Of a stretch of DNA of 64,000 bases, positions 52,104 through 63,499 are shown in pieces. Position numbers and translations under genes: made by a program. Positions within the stretch are counted from its first letter, which is position 1. Every line of letters starts with the position of its first letter. Location: contig JBEKBU010000001.1 of NCBI GenBank assembly GCA_050015235.1, positions 1,064 through 65,063 of the forward strand. The letters run 5' to 3'. The notes below the pieces were generated by a model, which saw only the letters and a program-made list of their open reading frames with translations, was not told the DNA's origin and ran no database searches. This DNA is from Methylomonas sp. Lineage in GTDB: Bacteria > Pseudomonadota > Gammaproteobacteria > Methylococcales > Methylomonadaceae.

Positions 52104-52222
52104 TGGAGCCTCGAAAAACCACGCTTCGACAAGCTCTGAGCGAACGGTGGTCTATGGTAATCAATAGTTTATCCGTCCGTGCCGAGCCTGTCGAAGCATC
52201 AAAGGCAGGTTTTTCGAGGTTC
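52104..52222. repeat. MITE/REP-like palindromic element
   Basis: GGAGCCTCGAAAAACC / GGTTTTTCGAGGTTCC ends; internal CTTCGACAAGCTC..GAACGG / CCGTCCGTGCCGAGCCTGTCGAAG. Confidence 0.75.
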
Positions 52223-52237
52223 CCTATGCGCCCATGG

Positions 52238-55200
52238 CTATTTTCTTATCGTCCGCCCTTGCATCAAACGATAAGCGGCCGGGATAACCAGCATTGACAA
52301 TAAAGGCGCGGTCATCATTCCCCCAACCATGGGCGCCGCAATCCGGCTCATTACTTCGCTGCCGGTCCCGCTCCCCCATAGAATCGGCAGCAAACCGGCA
52401 ATGATAACGGCGACAGTCATGGCTTTCGGTCTAACTCTCAGCACGGCCCCCTCCCGTACGGCCGCTAACAGGTCCGCTTCGCTACGCCTATCGTTGGCCA
52501 AACGATCCAACCAGGACTGCTTTAGATATAACAGCATAATCACCCCAAACTCAGCGGAAATTCCCGCCAAGGCAATAAAGCCCACACCGGTCGCCGCCGA
52601 CAAATTAAATCCCATCAGGTACAGAAACCAAACGCCGCCGGTTAAGGCGAAAGGTAAGGTAATCATGATCAGCATGGCTTCGGCGAACGAGGAAAACGTC
52701 AAATATAGCAGCACGAAAATAATCAACAGCGTCGCCGGCGTCACGAGCGCCAATCGGGCGTTGGCCCTTTCCATGAACTCGAATTGTCCAGAATAGCTGA
52801 GCGTAATGCCCGGTTTCAATTCTACTTGACGAGACACGGCTTCCCTTAGATCGGCAACCACTGACGCCAAATCGCGGTCTCTCACGTCTATAAATACCCA
52901 GCCGCTGGGGCGCGCATTCTCGCTTTTTAACATAGGCGGGCCATCGTCGATATGTATGTCCGCCACCATGCCCAAAGTAACCAAGCTCCCCAGCGCCGTA
53001 ATAATGGGCAATTGTTGCAAGCGTTCCAGCGTGTCGCGCCATTCGCGCGGATAGCGCAGATTGATTGGATAGCGGGCAAGACCTTCCACGGTTTCGCCGA
53101 TATTGTCCCCGCCAATTAATCCGGACACCACGGCTTGCAATTCGGCGATGGTCAAACCATAACGAGCCGCGGCCGCCCGATCGATATCGATATCTATATA
53201 ACGACCGCCGCCCAATCGCTCCGCCAGCGCCGACGATACGCCGGATACTTGTTTGGCGACCCGTTCGACGCTTTGCGCCACTTGATCGATGTCGGCCAGC
53301 TTGCTGCCGGTAATCTTCACGCCTATCGGGCTTTTGACGCCGGTAGCTAACATATCGATACGATTGCGTATAGGCGGAATCCAGATATTGGTCAATCCCG
53401 GGACTTTTACGGCTTTATCGAGTTCTTCAACCAGTTTGCCGGCCGTAATGCCCGGCCGCCATTCGTCTTTGGGCTTGAATTGAATGGTTGTCTCGAACAT
53501 TTCCAGCGGCGCGGAATCAGTGGCCGTTTCAGCGCGGCCGGCCTTACCGAAAACATGAGCGACTTCCGGCACGGTTTTAATCATGCGATCGGTTAGCTGT
53601 AACACCTCCGCGGCTTTTTGCGCCGAAAGACCCGGCAAGGCGCTGGGCATATACAGTAAATCGCCTTCGTCCATCGGCGGCAAGAACTCTCCGCCCAAAT
53701 GCGCGGCCGGCCAGAATGCGGTCATAAATACCAGCGCCGCCGCCAGCAATGTCGTTTTGGGTTTTTGCAGCACTTTATTTAGCAGCGGGCGGTAAGCTTT
53801 GATTAACCAGCGGTTCAACGGATTGTCGGATTCTCCGGGCAATTTGCCGCGTATCCAATAGCCCATCAAAACTGGAATCAACGTAACGGACAACCCCGCC
53901 GACGCCGCCATCGCATAGGTTTTAGTAAAAGCTAACGGACTGAACAGGCGTCCTTCCTGTGCTTCCAAAGTAAACACCGGGATGAACGACAAAGTGATGA
54001 TCAGCAATGAAAAGAACAGCGCCGGCCCCACTTCAACGGCGGCGTCTATAATGACCAGCCAATGCGCGTCGCCTTCGAGCGCTTGACCGGGATGCGCATG
54101 TTGCCAACTCTCCACTTTTTTATGCGCGTTTTCTATCATCACCACGGCGGCGTCGACCATGGCGCCAACCGCTATCGCAATACCTCCCAGCGACATAATG
54201 TTGGCGTTGATCCCTTGATAATGCATGATGCCGAATGCGATTAACACGCCTAGCGGCAAGGCGATGATCGCCACCAGCGCGGATCGGAGACGCCAGAGGA
54301 ACAGAACACAGACCGAGGCGATAACGATAAACTCCTCGATCAACTTATGGCTGAGATTTTCCACGGCGCGGTCGATGAGTTGGCTGCGATCGTAAGTGGT
54401 TACAATTTCCACACCCTTGGGCAGACTGGTTTTCAAGACATCGAGCTTCTGCTTCACGGCGGCGATGGTTTCGCGGGCATTTTTACCGGAACGCAGAATA
54501 ATGACGCCGCCGACCGTTTCGCCTTCGCCATCCAATTCCACGATGCCGCGCCGCATTTGAGGGCCGATCTGGATATGCGCCACATCGCTCAGTAATACCG
54601 GCGCCCGGTCCGCCAGTTTAACGATTATCGACTTAAAGTCCTCTATCGATTTTAAGTAGGCGCTGGAACGCACCATCATTTCCGCTTCACCCAGTTCCAG
54701 CACCGCGCCGCCCGTTTCACCGTTGGCTTGAATGATCGCTTCGCTAACCTGTTGCTGACTTATGCCTAAATTGGCCATTTTAATCGGGTCAAGCACTACC
54801 TGATATTGCTTGACCATACCGCCCACGGTGGCGACTTCGGCGACATTGGGCAAGGTCTTCAGTTCGTATTTCAGGAACCAATCCTGCAATGAGCGAAGTT
54901 GCGTGAGATCATGCTGGCCGGTACGATCAACCAACGCATACTGAAAAATCCAGCCGACACCCGTGGCGTCAGGCCCCAGGTTGGGGCGAGCAGTCGCCGG
55001 TAAGCGGCTTTGAACTTGATTGAGATATTCCAGCACCCTTGAACGCGCCCAATATTGGTCTGTACCATCTTCAAACAGCACATACACAAAGCTATCGCCA
55101 AAGAAGGAAAAACCGCGCACCGTTTTAGCGCCGGGCACTGAGAGCATGGTAGTCGCCAGTGGATAGGTCACTTGGTTTTCGACCACTTGCGGAGCCTGAC

Positions 55201-55363
55201 CCGGATAGCTGGTGCGGATGATCACCTGCACATCGGATAAATCCGGTAAGGCGTCAATGGCGGTGGTTTTAACCGACCACCAGCCCCAGGCGGCTACAAA
55301 CAGCGTTCCCAGCAGCACCAGAAAGCGGTTAGCGACCGACCAGCGTATCAGTGCGGCGATCAT
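52238..55363 (-). CDS. cusA: CusA/SilA heavy-metal efflux RND permease
   Basis: [45 protein letters not shown]; Met-rich sites. Confidence 0.96.
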   Translation of the reverse strand: MIAALIRWSVANRFLVLLGTLFVAAWGWWSVKTTAIDALPDLSDVQVIIRTSYPGQAPQVVENQVTYPLATTMLSVPGAKTVRGFSFFGDSFVYVLFEDGTDQYWARSRVLEYLNQVQSRLPATARPNLGPDATGVGWIFQYALVDRTGQHDLTQLRSLQDWFLKYELKTLPNVAEVATVGGMVKQYQVVLDPIKMANLGISQQQVSEAIIQANGETGGAVLELGEAEMMVRSSAYLKSIEDFKSIIVKLADRAPVLLSDVAHIQIGPQMRRGIVELDGEGETVGGVIILRSGKNARETIAAVKQKLDVLKTSLPKGVEIVTTYDRSQLIDRAVENLSHKLIEEFIVIASVCVLFLWRLRSALVAIIALPLGVLIAFGIMHYQGINANIMSLGGIAIAVGAMVDAAVVMIENAHKKVESWQHAHPGQALEGDAHWLVIIDAAVEVGPALFFSLLIITLSFIPVFTLEAQEGRLFSPLAFTKTYAMAASAGLSVTLIPVLMGYWIRGKLPGESDNPLNRWLIKAYRPLLNKVLQKPKTTLLAAALVFMTAFWPAAHLGGEFLPPMDEGDLLYMPSALPGLSAQKAAEVLQLTDRMIKTVPEVAHVFGKAGRAETATDSAPLEMFETTIQFKPKDEWRPGITAGKLVEELDKAVKVPGLTNIWIPPIRNRIDMLATGVKSPIGVKITGSKLADIDQVAQSVERVAKQVSGVSSALAERLGGGRYIDIDIDRAAAARYGLTIAELQAVVSGLIGGDNIGETVEGLARYPINLRYPREWRDTLERLQQLPIITALGSLVTLGMVADIHIDDGPPMLKSENARPSGWVFIDVRDRDLASVVADLREAVSRQVELKPGITLSYSGQFEFMERANARLALVTPATLLIIFVLLYLTFSSFAEAMLIMITLPFALTGGVWFLYLMGFNLSAATGVGFIALAGISAEFGVIMLLYLKQSWLDRLANDRRSEADLLAAVREGAVLRVRPKAMTVAVIIAGLLPILWGSGTGSEVMSRIAAPMVGGMMTAPLLSMLVIPAAYRLMQGRTIRK

Positions 55364-56649
55364 GGCGCGCCCTCCATCCCGTGCCGATGCGCGGCGGGTA
55401 AAGAACGTGCTTCTATCCCGTTAAGACTGGCTTCGGAGTCGATTAAAAACTGACCGCTGGCCACCACCCGCTGACCTTCTTCAAGCCCGGAAACGATTTG
55501 CGTCCGATTACCGATTTCATTACCCGCAATCACTTCCGTGGGCGAATAGCGGTTTTGTTCATCAACCAACATGACCAAGGTGCGTTTGCCGGTGCGGATC
55601 AAGGTTTCGGTCGGTACGGTCAATGCCGTGTCTTGGCCGCCGCTACTCAACCTGACCTGGGCCGATTGACCCGGACGCAGTTGCTGGCGGAGATTTTTAA
55701 GTTCGATTCTTACCCGCAAGCTGCGGCTTGTTTCGTTCAGCGACGGCAAAATGGCGGCGATCTTGCCTTCAAACGTCCGCTCCGATAATCCAGCCAGCCG
55801 TATTTCGGCGCGATTGCCGATTATGGCTAAATCGGCTTGCGATTCAGGCACGGCCAGATCCAGCCACGGATTAGATAAACCATTGATGCGCGCCAGGGTT
55901 TGGCCGGCCTGCAGCGTCATGCCGTTACGCACTTCCAGCGCCCGGATAACGCCGGCTATAGGCGCGCTGACCGTATAATGCGTCTGAACCACGCCGGATT
56001 TTTCCAATTTTCGAATCAGGCCGTCGGGCATACCGAGCAGGCGTAAGCGTTCCCGAGCGGCTTCCAGCAAGGTCGAATCCGCTAGGCCGCGCAACGCCAA
56101 TAACTCCTGCTGCGCGGACGCCCATGCCGGGGCCATGATATCAGCGATCGGTTGACCGGTTTTTACCACGTCGCCCTCGGCTAAAGGCCAAACATGTTCG
56201 ACAAAACCGGCGATACGGGTTTGAACAATGGCGGCATCGCGCTCGTTAAAGGCAATTAAACCACTGACCTCGATTTCCCGGCTTTTTGGCGTTCGAGTAA
56301 CAGTCGCCAGACGGATGGCGATATTCTCGGCTACCGATGCATCGATACTTAAGCCTGGGCGCCTTGCATTTTGATCTTCTTGTGACGAATCGGCATATTT
56401 CGCTACCAGCTCCATATCCATATAAGGCGATTTACCTGGTTTATCGAAATGCTGCTGAGGCATCATCGGGTCATACCAGTAGAGGATTTTACGCTTATCG
56501 GCGTCGGCGGGGTTTTCGGCATGCGCGACGGCATGTTCCTCAACCGGTTGCCGTGTATGTTCGGCAAACCGCCAACCTAGACTAAAGCCTAACAATAACA
56601 ATAGACTGGCGCTAATTAACAAGAGCGGCATTCTGTTGGCGGCGCTCAT
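55360..56649 (-). CDS. cusB: CusB-like periplasmic adaptor
   Basis: [25 protein letters not shown] metal-binding motif; MFP core. Confidence 0.92.
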   Translation of the reverse strand: MSAANRMPLLLISASLLLLLGFSLGWRFAEHTRQPVEEHAVAHAENPADADKRKILYWYDPMMPQQHFDKPGKSPYMDMELVAKYADSSQEDQNARRPGLSIDASVAENIAIRLATVTRTPKSREIEVSGLIAFNERDAAIVQTRIAGFVEHVWPLAEGDVVKTGQPIADIMAPAWASAQQELLALRGLADSTLLEAARERLRLLGMPDGLIRKLEKSGVVQTHYTVSAPIAGVIRALEVRNGMTLQAGQTLARINGLSNPWLDLAVPESQADLAIIGNRAEIRLAGLSERTFEGKIAAILPSLNETSRSLRVRIELKNLRQQLRPGQSAQVRLSSGGQDTALTVPTETLIRTGKRTLVMLVDEQNRYSPTEVIAGNEIGNRTQIVSGLEEGQRVVASGQFLIDSEASLNGIEARSLPAAHRHGMEGAP

Positions 56650-57932
56650 GGCTTAGGCTCCGCCTGATCGAGGGTTTGCTCGCCATAGGTATAGTGCAGA
56701 CGCGCCGCCAGTTGTTGACGTTCGCCTTCCAGGGCAATGGCTTTCAGTTCTGTTTCCATGCGTTCTTGACGGGCGGCAATCAGCGCCGGCAAATCGGTTT
56801 GATTGCCGCGCCAAGCGGCAAGAGTCAGGCTGACTTTTTCCTCGGCAAGCGGAAGCAGGTTCTCGCGCATACGCCGGACCGCTTTTGACAGCCGCTGATA
56901 CTCAGCAAGGTCGGACTCCAGCATTGCGGCGTGTTCCTGTAAAGCGGCGCTACGTTCGGCTAGTAAAGCCGTGCGTTCGGATAATTTGGCCGCCAGTTTG
57001 GGTTGTTGTCTTGAGTCGGGAAATATCGGCAAATCGACGCTGACTTGCAACGACACCATATCGCTATAAGCCGAACCGCGCCGTTGATAAGCAAATTGCA
57101 GCGCCCAATCGGGGATTTTGTCGGCTTTGGCTTCGTCCACTTCGGCATTGAGAACCCGCGTTTTGGGTTCGAATAAATCCAATTGCGGATGACGATGTAA
57201 CCCGTGCGATAAGGCTTCGCGGCTAATCGGCCATTCGGGCGCCGAACCCGTTAACGGTTGCGAGGCGGCGGCGCCGATCCAGCGTTTTAACTGGGCAATT
57301 GCTTGGCTACGACGGCTATCCAGTTCGTCGCGGCGTTCTGCAAGCCGTGCGGTTTCCTGGCGTGGCGCCAATAGTTCGGGCGCCATGCCGCCGCCGCCAG
57401 CAAAACGCGCCTGCACAATACGATTGAATAGGCGGTTTTCATCTTCTAACCCGGATAGGCGCTCAATTTGGCGTTCGATGACCGCTCGACTTATCCAGGC
57501 CACGGCGGTTTCCTGCAACACCTGCAAACGGGTTAACCGAGTCAGAGCTTCCGCCAGCGCCACACGGCCTTCCGCCGCCGCAACCCGTGCGTCGAGCTTG
57601 TAGGGGTTAGTAAAGGTCTGGCTGACGCCGACGCGTTGCATGGTCATAAAGTCGCGCCCCGGACTAAAGCTTTCCGCTCCTTGGATCGGGAGATTATCAA
57701 GGCCCAACGCTAACTGCGGGTCCGGCAGTTCGCCCGCGGGAATGGCGGCCTGCCGGGCGGCGTCTATCTGGGCTTCATTAGCCGCGACGATAGGCGCTTC
57801 GCGCGCCGCTAATTCCAAAGCCGCGTCAAAAGACAAGCTTTCGGCCGACACATTGAATGCGGACAACGCGCATAGTATCGGAAACATCGCGGCGCGAGCC
57901 GGAAATCGCCTACAGGGAAAGGCAATAAGCAT
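56646..57932 (-). CDS. TolC/CusC-family outer-membrane efflux protein
   Basis: AGELPDPQL, DFMTMQRVG, DMVSLQVSVDLP; first gene of the cus operon. Confidence 0.9.
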   Translation of the reverse strand: MLIAFPCRRFPARAAMFPILCALSAFNVSAESLSFDAALELAAREAPIVAANEAQIDAARQAAIPAGELPDPQLALGLDNLPIQGAESFSPGRDFMTMQRVGVSQTFTNPYKLDARVAAAEGRVALAEALTRLTRLQVLQETAVAWISRAVIERQIERLSGLEDENRLFNRIVQARFAGGGGMAPELLAPRQETARLAERRDELDSRRSQAIAQLKRWIGAAASQPLTGSAPEWPISREALSHGLHRHPQLDLFEPKTRVLNAEVDEAKADKIPDWALQFAYQRRGSAYSDMVSLQVSVDLPIFPDSRQQPKLAAKLSERTALLAERSAALQEHAAMLESDLAEYQRLSKAVRRMRENLLPLAEEKVSLTLAAWRGNQTDLPALIAARQERMETELKAIALEGERQQLAARLHYTYGEQTLDQAEPKP

Positions 57933-58064
57933 GGTTAAATTCCTTTCGATAACTTGGCGGCATCCGCCGGAACAAAAAGCCGGCAAAGCTATACCATCAT
58001 CTAAACAATCATTTTTTCCGTACGGCGTATTTTGTTCGGCGCAATACGGGATGATACCGCGGAA

Positions 58065-58412
58065 TTAGCCTAGGTTGGGGGGCCGCCAAGTAGCGGCTTG
58101 ATCAAAAGACAGAGATAATAGATTCGTAAACGGCGGAATTTTGGCGCTGATAGTATCTATAATGCGCGGTTGCGCAACATCGATCAGAACCAGTGCGTTC
58201 GGTTGGCAATTTTGTTGCGTTTTACAGAGCTTGCCGGTTTTCGCAACGGTATCGGCATCGTTGCAGCAGTTATGCTTATTACCCGTATCCTTGGACAACA
58301 TGCCCGAAGCCTCTGCCGGACAAGGGATTTTTAAACCGGCAATGCTAGCGAACCCTTGCAACGGCAGAGCAAGGATTAGCATGGCGAGTAGAAATAAGTT
58401 AATCAGGCGCAT
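58065..58412 (-). CDS. Small Cys/His-rich protein (DUF2946/CopL-like) upstream of the cus operon
   Basis: LALPLQG, HNCC..CK..QNC, C-terminal RPP. Confidence 0.7.
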   Translation of the reverse strand: MRLINLFLLAMLILALPLQGFASIAGLKIPCPAEASGMLSKDTGNKHNCCNDADTVAKTGKLCKTQQNCQPNALVLIDVAQPRIIDTISAKIPPFTNLLSLSFDQAATWRPPNLG

Positions 58413-58515
58413 AACCGAATTATATAATTTATAGCCGATAATTGACAATTTCTATTCAAATCATTAACAACCATGCTGGATTTAATTAGCATGCATACCT
58501 GACTCAATGCGGCTA

Positions 58516-59088
58516 TCAACCGTTATTTCGCTTACGCGGGGCTAATCCCATCATACCTGCAATCGCCGCGCCGAACAGCCACAACGCGGAAGGCGCCGGC
58601 ACTGTCGTCACGGCCCAGGCCGCTAATAAATTGCTATTGGCGGCCGTACCCGCATAGCCGTAGAAAAAATTAAAATCGGTTTGGCTGTTGTTCGTCCAAT
58701 AGGTTGTTTGGACATTATTGACGACATCATTTATCCCGCCGCCAAATGCTACCGTAGCGCCATATTTATTATCTTGGACACCCGGCGCGCCGTAAGGGTC
58801 GAGTTGCGTGTACAGCGACGTCAGCTGTTGAGCATCCGGAAGTAGCCATGACGAATTGATGCCTGGAAAGCTTAAATTCGCGGCCCATGTAGCGGCGTCC
58901 TGGAAACTGTAAGTTTGATTGGATAGATTGGCGTTTTGCGTCCAAGTGGCGTCGGTGACGGTATCGAAAACAAAGCCGACGCCGTCTATATTTTCGTAAA
59001 TTAACTGGGCTTGCGCGGGCAACGCCGCTGCAGCCATCAAAAGCAGGCTACTTATGCTAGCCGGCATGAATAATCGCTTCAACTTCAT
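58516..59088 (-). CDS. PEP-CTERM-type (VPAP) surface protein
   Basis: Signal peptide; VPAPSALWLFGAAIAGMMGLAPRKR tail. Confidence 0.85.
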   Translation of the reverse strand: MKLKRLFMPASISSLLLMAAAALPAQAQLIYENIDGVGFVFDTVTDATWTQNANLSNQTYSFQDAATWAANLSFPGINSSWLLPDAQQLTSLYTQLDPYGAPGVQDNKYGATVAFGGGINDVVNNVQTTYWTNNSQTDFNFFYGYAGTAANSNLLAAWAVTTVPAPSALWLFGAAIAGMMGLAPRKRNNG

Positions 59089-59279
59089 AATCGCTCCTCA
59101 ATTAACTAAAACGCCGAATATAGCCTAAACCTATTACTTTGCCAACTTAGTTTGATGCTAGCCGCTTGCTATTTTTATCCGTCAACTTAGTAACTATTCC
59201 TATCCTCGATTCCGCTACGCTACATCCAAGCTACTTGCTATACTTGTTGTCGTTAACTTAATATAAACGAGGAGCAACA

Positions 59280-59831
59280 ATGTCAGATTCATATTGGTTC
59301 AGAACCGGCGAAGCCACCGTATTTTCCAGCGCCGGCCAGGGTACCGACGCCATGCCGGAAATTTTGTTAGGCGATGTCAAAGGCCCCGCCGGGCATGCTT
59401 TCGCCAATCTGATGGGGCAAACCGCCGGCCATACCCGCATGTTTGCGATTCGCGCCTGTAATCAGCAAGTGCGGCCGGCCACCATCATGGTCCCCAAGGT
59501 AACGATCAAATCGTCCGCTTACGTCAACTTGCTGGGCGGCCCGGTGCAGTCGGCGGTCGCCGACGCGGTTATCGATAGCGTGGCGGATGGCGTAATCCCG
59601 CGTCTGCAAGCCAACGAACTTTGCATCATCGTCATGCTGTGGCTGGACCCGTCCTGCGCCGCCAACCCCAACCCGGATCGCAAGGATTTGTACCGCACCA
59701 ACTACGAAGCCATGAAACTGGCGATTCAGCGCGCCATGAGCAATACGCCGAGCATAGACGACCTGATCGACAACCGTTATAAAATTACCCATGAAATGTA
59801 CGATCCGGAAACGGGCGAATCGCAATGGTAA
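59280..59831 (+). CDS. fae: Formaldehyde-activating enzyme paralogue (Fae2-like)
   Basis: GEATV, KVTI, GPVQSAVADAVIDSVADGVIP, NYEAMKLAIQRA. Confidence 0.88.
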   Translation: MSDSYWFRTGEATVFSSAGQGTDAMPEILLGDVKGPAGHAFANLMGQTAGHTRMFAIRACNQQVRPATIMVPKVTIKSSAYVNLLGGPVQSAVADAVIDSVADGVIPRLQANELCIIVMLWLDPSCAANPNPDRKDLYRTNYEAMKLAIQRAMSNTPSIDDLIDNRYKITHEMYDPETGESQW

Positions 59832-59858
59832 ATTAAGAAGCTGTTTATTCCGGCCGGC

Positions 59859-60266
59859 TTACTCGGTAACTTTCAGCAATAAGCCGCCATCGGTATCGCA
59901 TTTACTGAATTTGGCTTTTACCTGCACCGAAATGCGCACTGTTTCATTTTTAAAGTTTTCCGGGAGTACGCCCTTAACCAGATAAAAGGTATCCTTATCT
60001 TCAACGGCGACCTTCAACGGCTCTTGCCGGATGCTGACATGGATATGTTTAGGCCCGTTACTGCCGGAGACGGTAAACGAAAATGCCGACCCCGGCTTAA
60101 CGCTGGCTAAATGCTCCGGCGTGTAATGGCTGATCTTGGCGCGGATACAGGCGTCATCGCCGCTGCCGCCGCCGTGACCGGTGTGGCTGGGCATTGCTTG
60201 CGCCAGCGCCGCGCCGCTAAAACACAGGGCCGGCAATACGGCGATAAAAACTTTATTGAACTGCAT
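59859..60266 (-). CDS. Secreted hypothetical protein (His-rich N-terminus, two Cys)
   Basis: Signal peptide then MPSHTGHGGG; beta-rich body. Confidence 0.75.
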   Translation of the reverse strand: MQFNKVFIAVLPALCFSGAALAQAMPSHTGHGGGSGDDACIRAKISHYTPEHLASVKPGSAFSFTVSGSNGPKHIHVSIRQEPLKVAVEDKDTFYLVKGVLPENFKNETVRISVQVKAKFSKCDTDGGLLLKVTE

Positions 60267-60403
60267 GCAGGTTATCCTCTTGTATTGTAGTTATTTTTTA
60301 AGCCGTCCAACGCCCCGCTTGCCGGCTTAAATCAAGCGGCTAAATAGACTAACACGGTTTTGTTAAATTTAATCACGCGCCTATCGGCAACGCCAGTGGG
60401 CCC

Positions 60404-60736
60404 CTAGAATTTAACCCTGAACAAAATCGAATCGTAAATCAGGTTACTGAAGTGCGTGGCTTGACGGATGATTTCGTAATCGGTTACCCGCCGATCCGCC
60501 CCCGGCTTGGAAAAACGTTCGCCAACGGCCTTGCCTTCCCGCAGGGCGAGCGTACATTGCTCGTCGCCGAACAGATTGTTTTTGGCCGCGATTCGTTCGG
60601 CCAGATCCGTTAAAAATCGATTATTATCGCCTTCGTAAAATCCGGCTACCGCGCATATCGAGTAATCCTTGTCCGCGGAAAGGGCCATAGATGAGGTAAA
60701 TATCGATACAAAAAAACAAATATTTCTTAGTTTCAT
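60404..60736 (-). CDS. Secreted hypothetical protein
   Basis: Signal-like N-terminus, two Cys in the mature part. Confidence 0.6.
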   Translation of the reverse strand: MKLRNICFFVSIFTSSMALSADKDYSICAVAGFYEGDNNRFLTDLAERIAAKNNLFGDEQCTLALREGKAVGERFSKPGADRRVTDYEIIRQATHFSNLIYDSILFRVKF

Positions 60737-61011
60737 GGGTTTAGCTTCATCAAGTTAAAGGATTAATCAAAAATACGTAATGTATTCCGGCGCTAATAAC
60801 TCCTGTGTTCTAGGCGGCAAGGCCGTTACCGCTTTATGTTCAGTTTAGGCCATACCGGCCGGTATTGGCGCTGCCGATAAAAAGCGCCGGTATAAAATCA
60901 TTTGATTTTATTAGGACTATTACCGGATGTCTTGGTTCACTTGTAGCGCGGCGGCTATAAAATCCAGGGTAACGCCCATGCATACTAAAATAATTCCGAA
61001 CAGTGAGTGTT

Positions 61012-62205
61012 TTAAAATTGCGCAACGGCGTCTACGCCTACCACGACTTGATTAAACTGGTGGTTTGCGTCGTACGGCGCTTGTTGCGCCTGCGCCCAGT
61101 CGTAGCGCGCCTCGGGGCGCACCACCAGCCAGGCTTTGGGCTTCCAGTTGACGCCCGCCGTCACATCGTAATAACTGGCTTCGCCATTTGTGTACCGAAA
61201 GCCGTTTTGATCGCGGAACCATTCGCCGCGTAACCCCAAACCCCAAACATCGTCGAGCTGATAAGTCAGGTATTGCGCGACGGAATACCAGGTGGCCGTG
61301 GTCTGGTTATTATTGACGGCATGACCCAAAGTTCCCCTGTCATGTTGCAGCACATAATGGAAATTACCCAATTGTTGTTGAAAAATAACCGAGTAATATT
61401 CCAGATCGTTGTTAGGCATATTTTGATAACCGTTGCCCTGCATGATCGAAAACGACAGCGAAGCGCCGGTATCGGCATTCGCCCAGTTAATGCCGCTCAT
61501 TTGCGCCCACGCGCTTATATCCAGGTCGAAATTATCCATGCCCTTAACCGCGCCGAGGTTGACATTCCATTGATCGTTAATCGTGTAATTAAACAAAGCC
61601 CCGGTGGTGGTGAAAGGCGAAGACTTGAAGCTGTAAGTGTGGGAAGAAAAGAAGTTCAAGGCCGACGGCACCGATTCATAGCCGATTATGGTGTAAAAAT
61701 GGCCGAATTTTCCGCTCAGGCCGTTGCCGACCGGCGCAAACACTTCGGCGTACGCCTGCGGCACGGCCATATTGTAATAACTGTTTGGGTTCATGATGTG
61801 CGTATCCCAGGTTCCAGCCGCCTGGGTATAACGGGTATCCGTACCGAACATGTAGTCCACGCGGCCGCCGGCGCCCCAGTTCTGGCCTTTGCTAATGGCT
61901 TTTTCGATAAATAAGTTCAATTGATACAGATTCAGCTCGCCGTTACGGTCGGTCATGTTTATCGGGCCGTTGCTGCTATCGTGCGGGTCGTCGGTGTTGT
62001 AGTTGACGCCTGCCGTTCCCCAGCCGCCGATGGTCCAACCGGAGCCTTGCAGGCCGGCCCAGGCGGCGGCGTCCTTGCCTGTGTATTCGGAAATCAGCCC
62101 GGCAGGCGCTGGCGCTGCGTCATCGGCGCTTAGCGGGCCGCTGAAAACCAGCAAGCCGCAGGCGCCAAGTAGAGAACGCAAATTAAATCTACGTGCAAAT
62201 ATCAT
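61012..62205 (-). CDS. Outer-membrane beta-barrel porin (DUF1597/BBP2-like)
   Basis: LYQLNLFIEK, DYMFGTD, KFGHFYTIIGYES, GLRGEWFRD, RPEARYD; terminal Phe. Confidence 0.85.
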   Translation of the reverse strand: MIFARRFNLRSLLGACGLLVFSGPLSADDAAPAPAGLISEYTGKDAAAWAGLQGSGWTIGGWGTAGVNYNTDDPHDSSNGPINMTDRNGELNLYQLNLFIEKAISKGQNWGAGGRVDYMFGTDTRYTQAAGTWDTHIMNPNSYYNMAVPQAYAEVFAPVGNGLSGKFGHFYTIIGYESVPSALNFFSSHTYSFKSSPFTTTGALFNYTINDQWNVNLGAVKGMDNFDLDISAWAQMSGINWANADTGASLSFSIMQGNGYQNMPNNDLEYYSVIFQQQLGNFHYVLQHDRGTLGHAVNNNQTTATWYSVAQYLTYQLDDVWGLGLRGEWFRDQNGFRYTNGEASYYDVTAGVNWKPKAWLVVRPEARYDWAQAQQAPYDANHQFNQVVVGVDAVAQF

Positions 62206-62362
62206 AAATTTAAACCTTGAACAACCGGTAGTGAGCGAGATATGGAAGGTCCACGGTTAACATTCTTCAAATTCAGTTTCAATGGTTGCGGATAGTAGAG
62301 AATTTTTTATTTTCAAATCCCTAGTATGGGACCCGGATCGAAACTTAATCGAGGTAAAGGCC

Positions 62363-62461
62363 ATGCAAAGTATAGCTAACGACGAATTACATCGTGTTGT
62401 TATCGTGGGCGGAGGCGCCGGCGGGCTGGAATTGGCGACCCGGTTGGGCAACCCCATCTGA
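62363..62461 (+). pseudogene. 5' fragment of type II NADH dehydrogenase (ndh)
   Basis: MQSIANDELHRVVIVGGGAGGLELATRLG then a stop; good RBS (GAGGTAAAGG). Confidence 0.8.
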
Positions 62462-62614
62462 ACCGGAACGTCACCCCCTCTTGCGCGCGGGCGGCGCATC
62501 AGGAAGCTGCGCTGACATATAAAAACATCCAAGATATTTTGCTTTATTTCATTTAGAAATCTTGCCTACAGCATTAAAATAACGTCATACCCATATTTAA
62601 TAAAGGAGTTTTGC

Positions 62615-62908
62615 ATGAAAGTCATTTATTTCGCCGTGTTATTGTTGGCCGGCTGCGCTTCGTCTAAAGAACTGATATTGCCTGATGGAAAAGTTGGATA
62701 TGACATTGAGTGCGACGGACTGTTGAGCGGCTATGGCGACTGCATGGCGAAAGCGGGAGACTTCTGCCCAGCGGGATACGAAGTTATAAATATCAACGGC
62801 TCCAGCATCAACGATAATGGCTCTTCGTCTTACGCGAGTCCGGCGCGAGCGGTTTCTGGAGCCCATACCGATAGAACTATTATAGCCAAATGCACTAGCG
62901 GAAAATAA
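62615..62908 (+). CDS. Small Cys-containing lipoprotein
   Basis: Lipobox LAGC; C..C..C..C pattern. Confidence 0.75.
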   Translation: MKVIYFAVLLLAGCASSKELILPDGKVGYDIECDGLLSGYGDCMAKAGDFCPAGYEVININGSSINDNGSSSYASPARAVSGAHTDRTIIAKCTSGK

Positions 62909-62927
62909 AAAAGGACAGTTTCAAATA

Positions 62928-63380
62928 ATGAAACTGTTAGATAAATACATCAATAAATTTCCGAACCGCACACCGCTAAAAGCCATTATAAACGACGCCA
63001 AAACCCCGAACCCGGTTTTGTGATCGACGCAACCGCAAGCCGTTATCCTACTTGGAATGCGGCGCGGGAAATTCAAGTTTCGATGTTTGAGACGGTGTTG
63101 AGCTTACAAAAACGCCCCTGCTTATAAGGGTTGCTCATTTTGGCGGGTTCAGCCTATAAATTCGTCTTAATGCAACGATGCCGGCGATCTCGCCGCCTAT
63201 ATGCAAAAAGTTAAGCGCCGCGCCGGGGTTACGCGAATCAATCAAGGTCTGACCTTGTACCTAACCGAAGGCCAAAACCTAAAAGCAATCTGTTTGATAG
63301 GTGACGAAGCCCAAATACGGAAAGGCGTCGAAGAAAGCCGGGAAAACCTCGATACCATCGCCGCCATGCTTGGCGATTAA
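62928..63380 (+). pseudogene. Decayed hypothetical gene
   Basis: RBS and ATG at 62928 are in frame with TAA at 63378-63380, with three internal stops; protein-like tail DAGDLAAYMQKVKRR...LDTIAAMLGD. Confidence 0.35.
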
Positions 63381-63499
63381 GGGGTTAAGGTATTTACCTT
63401 TCTTGAAGGCGATAACAAATTTCTTCAAAATTATTCAATTAATATAGACTATGGCTAGCAAAAAATTTTCATAGCCCTTCCGGATTAATTGACTTCAAT

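Noticed and set aside
63451-63474. MgtL-like leader peptide upstream of mgtA
   Set aside because: The ORF is MASKKFS, with no prolines and no evident attenuator.
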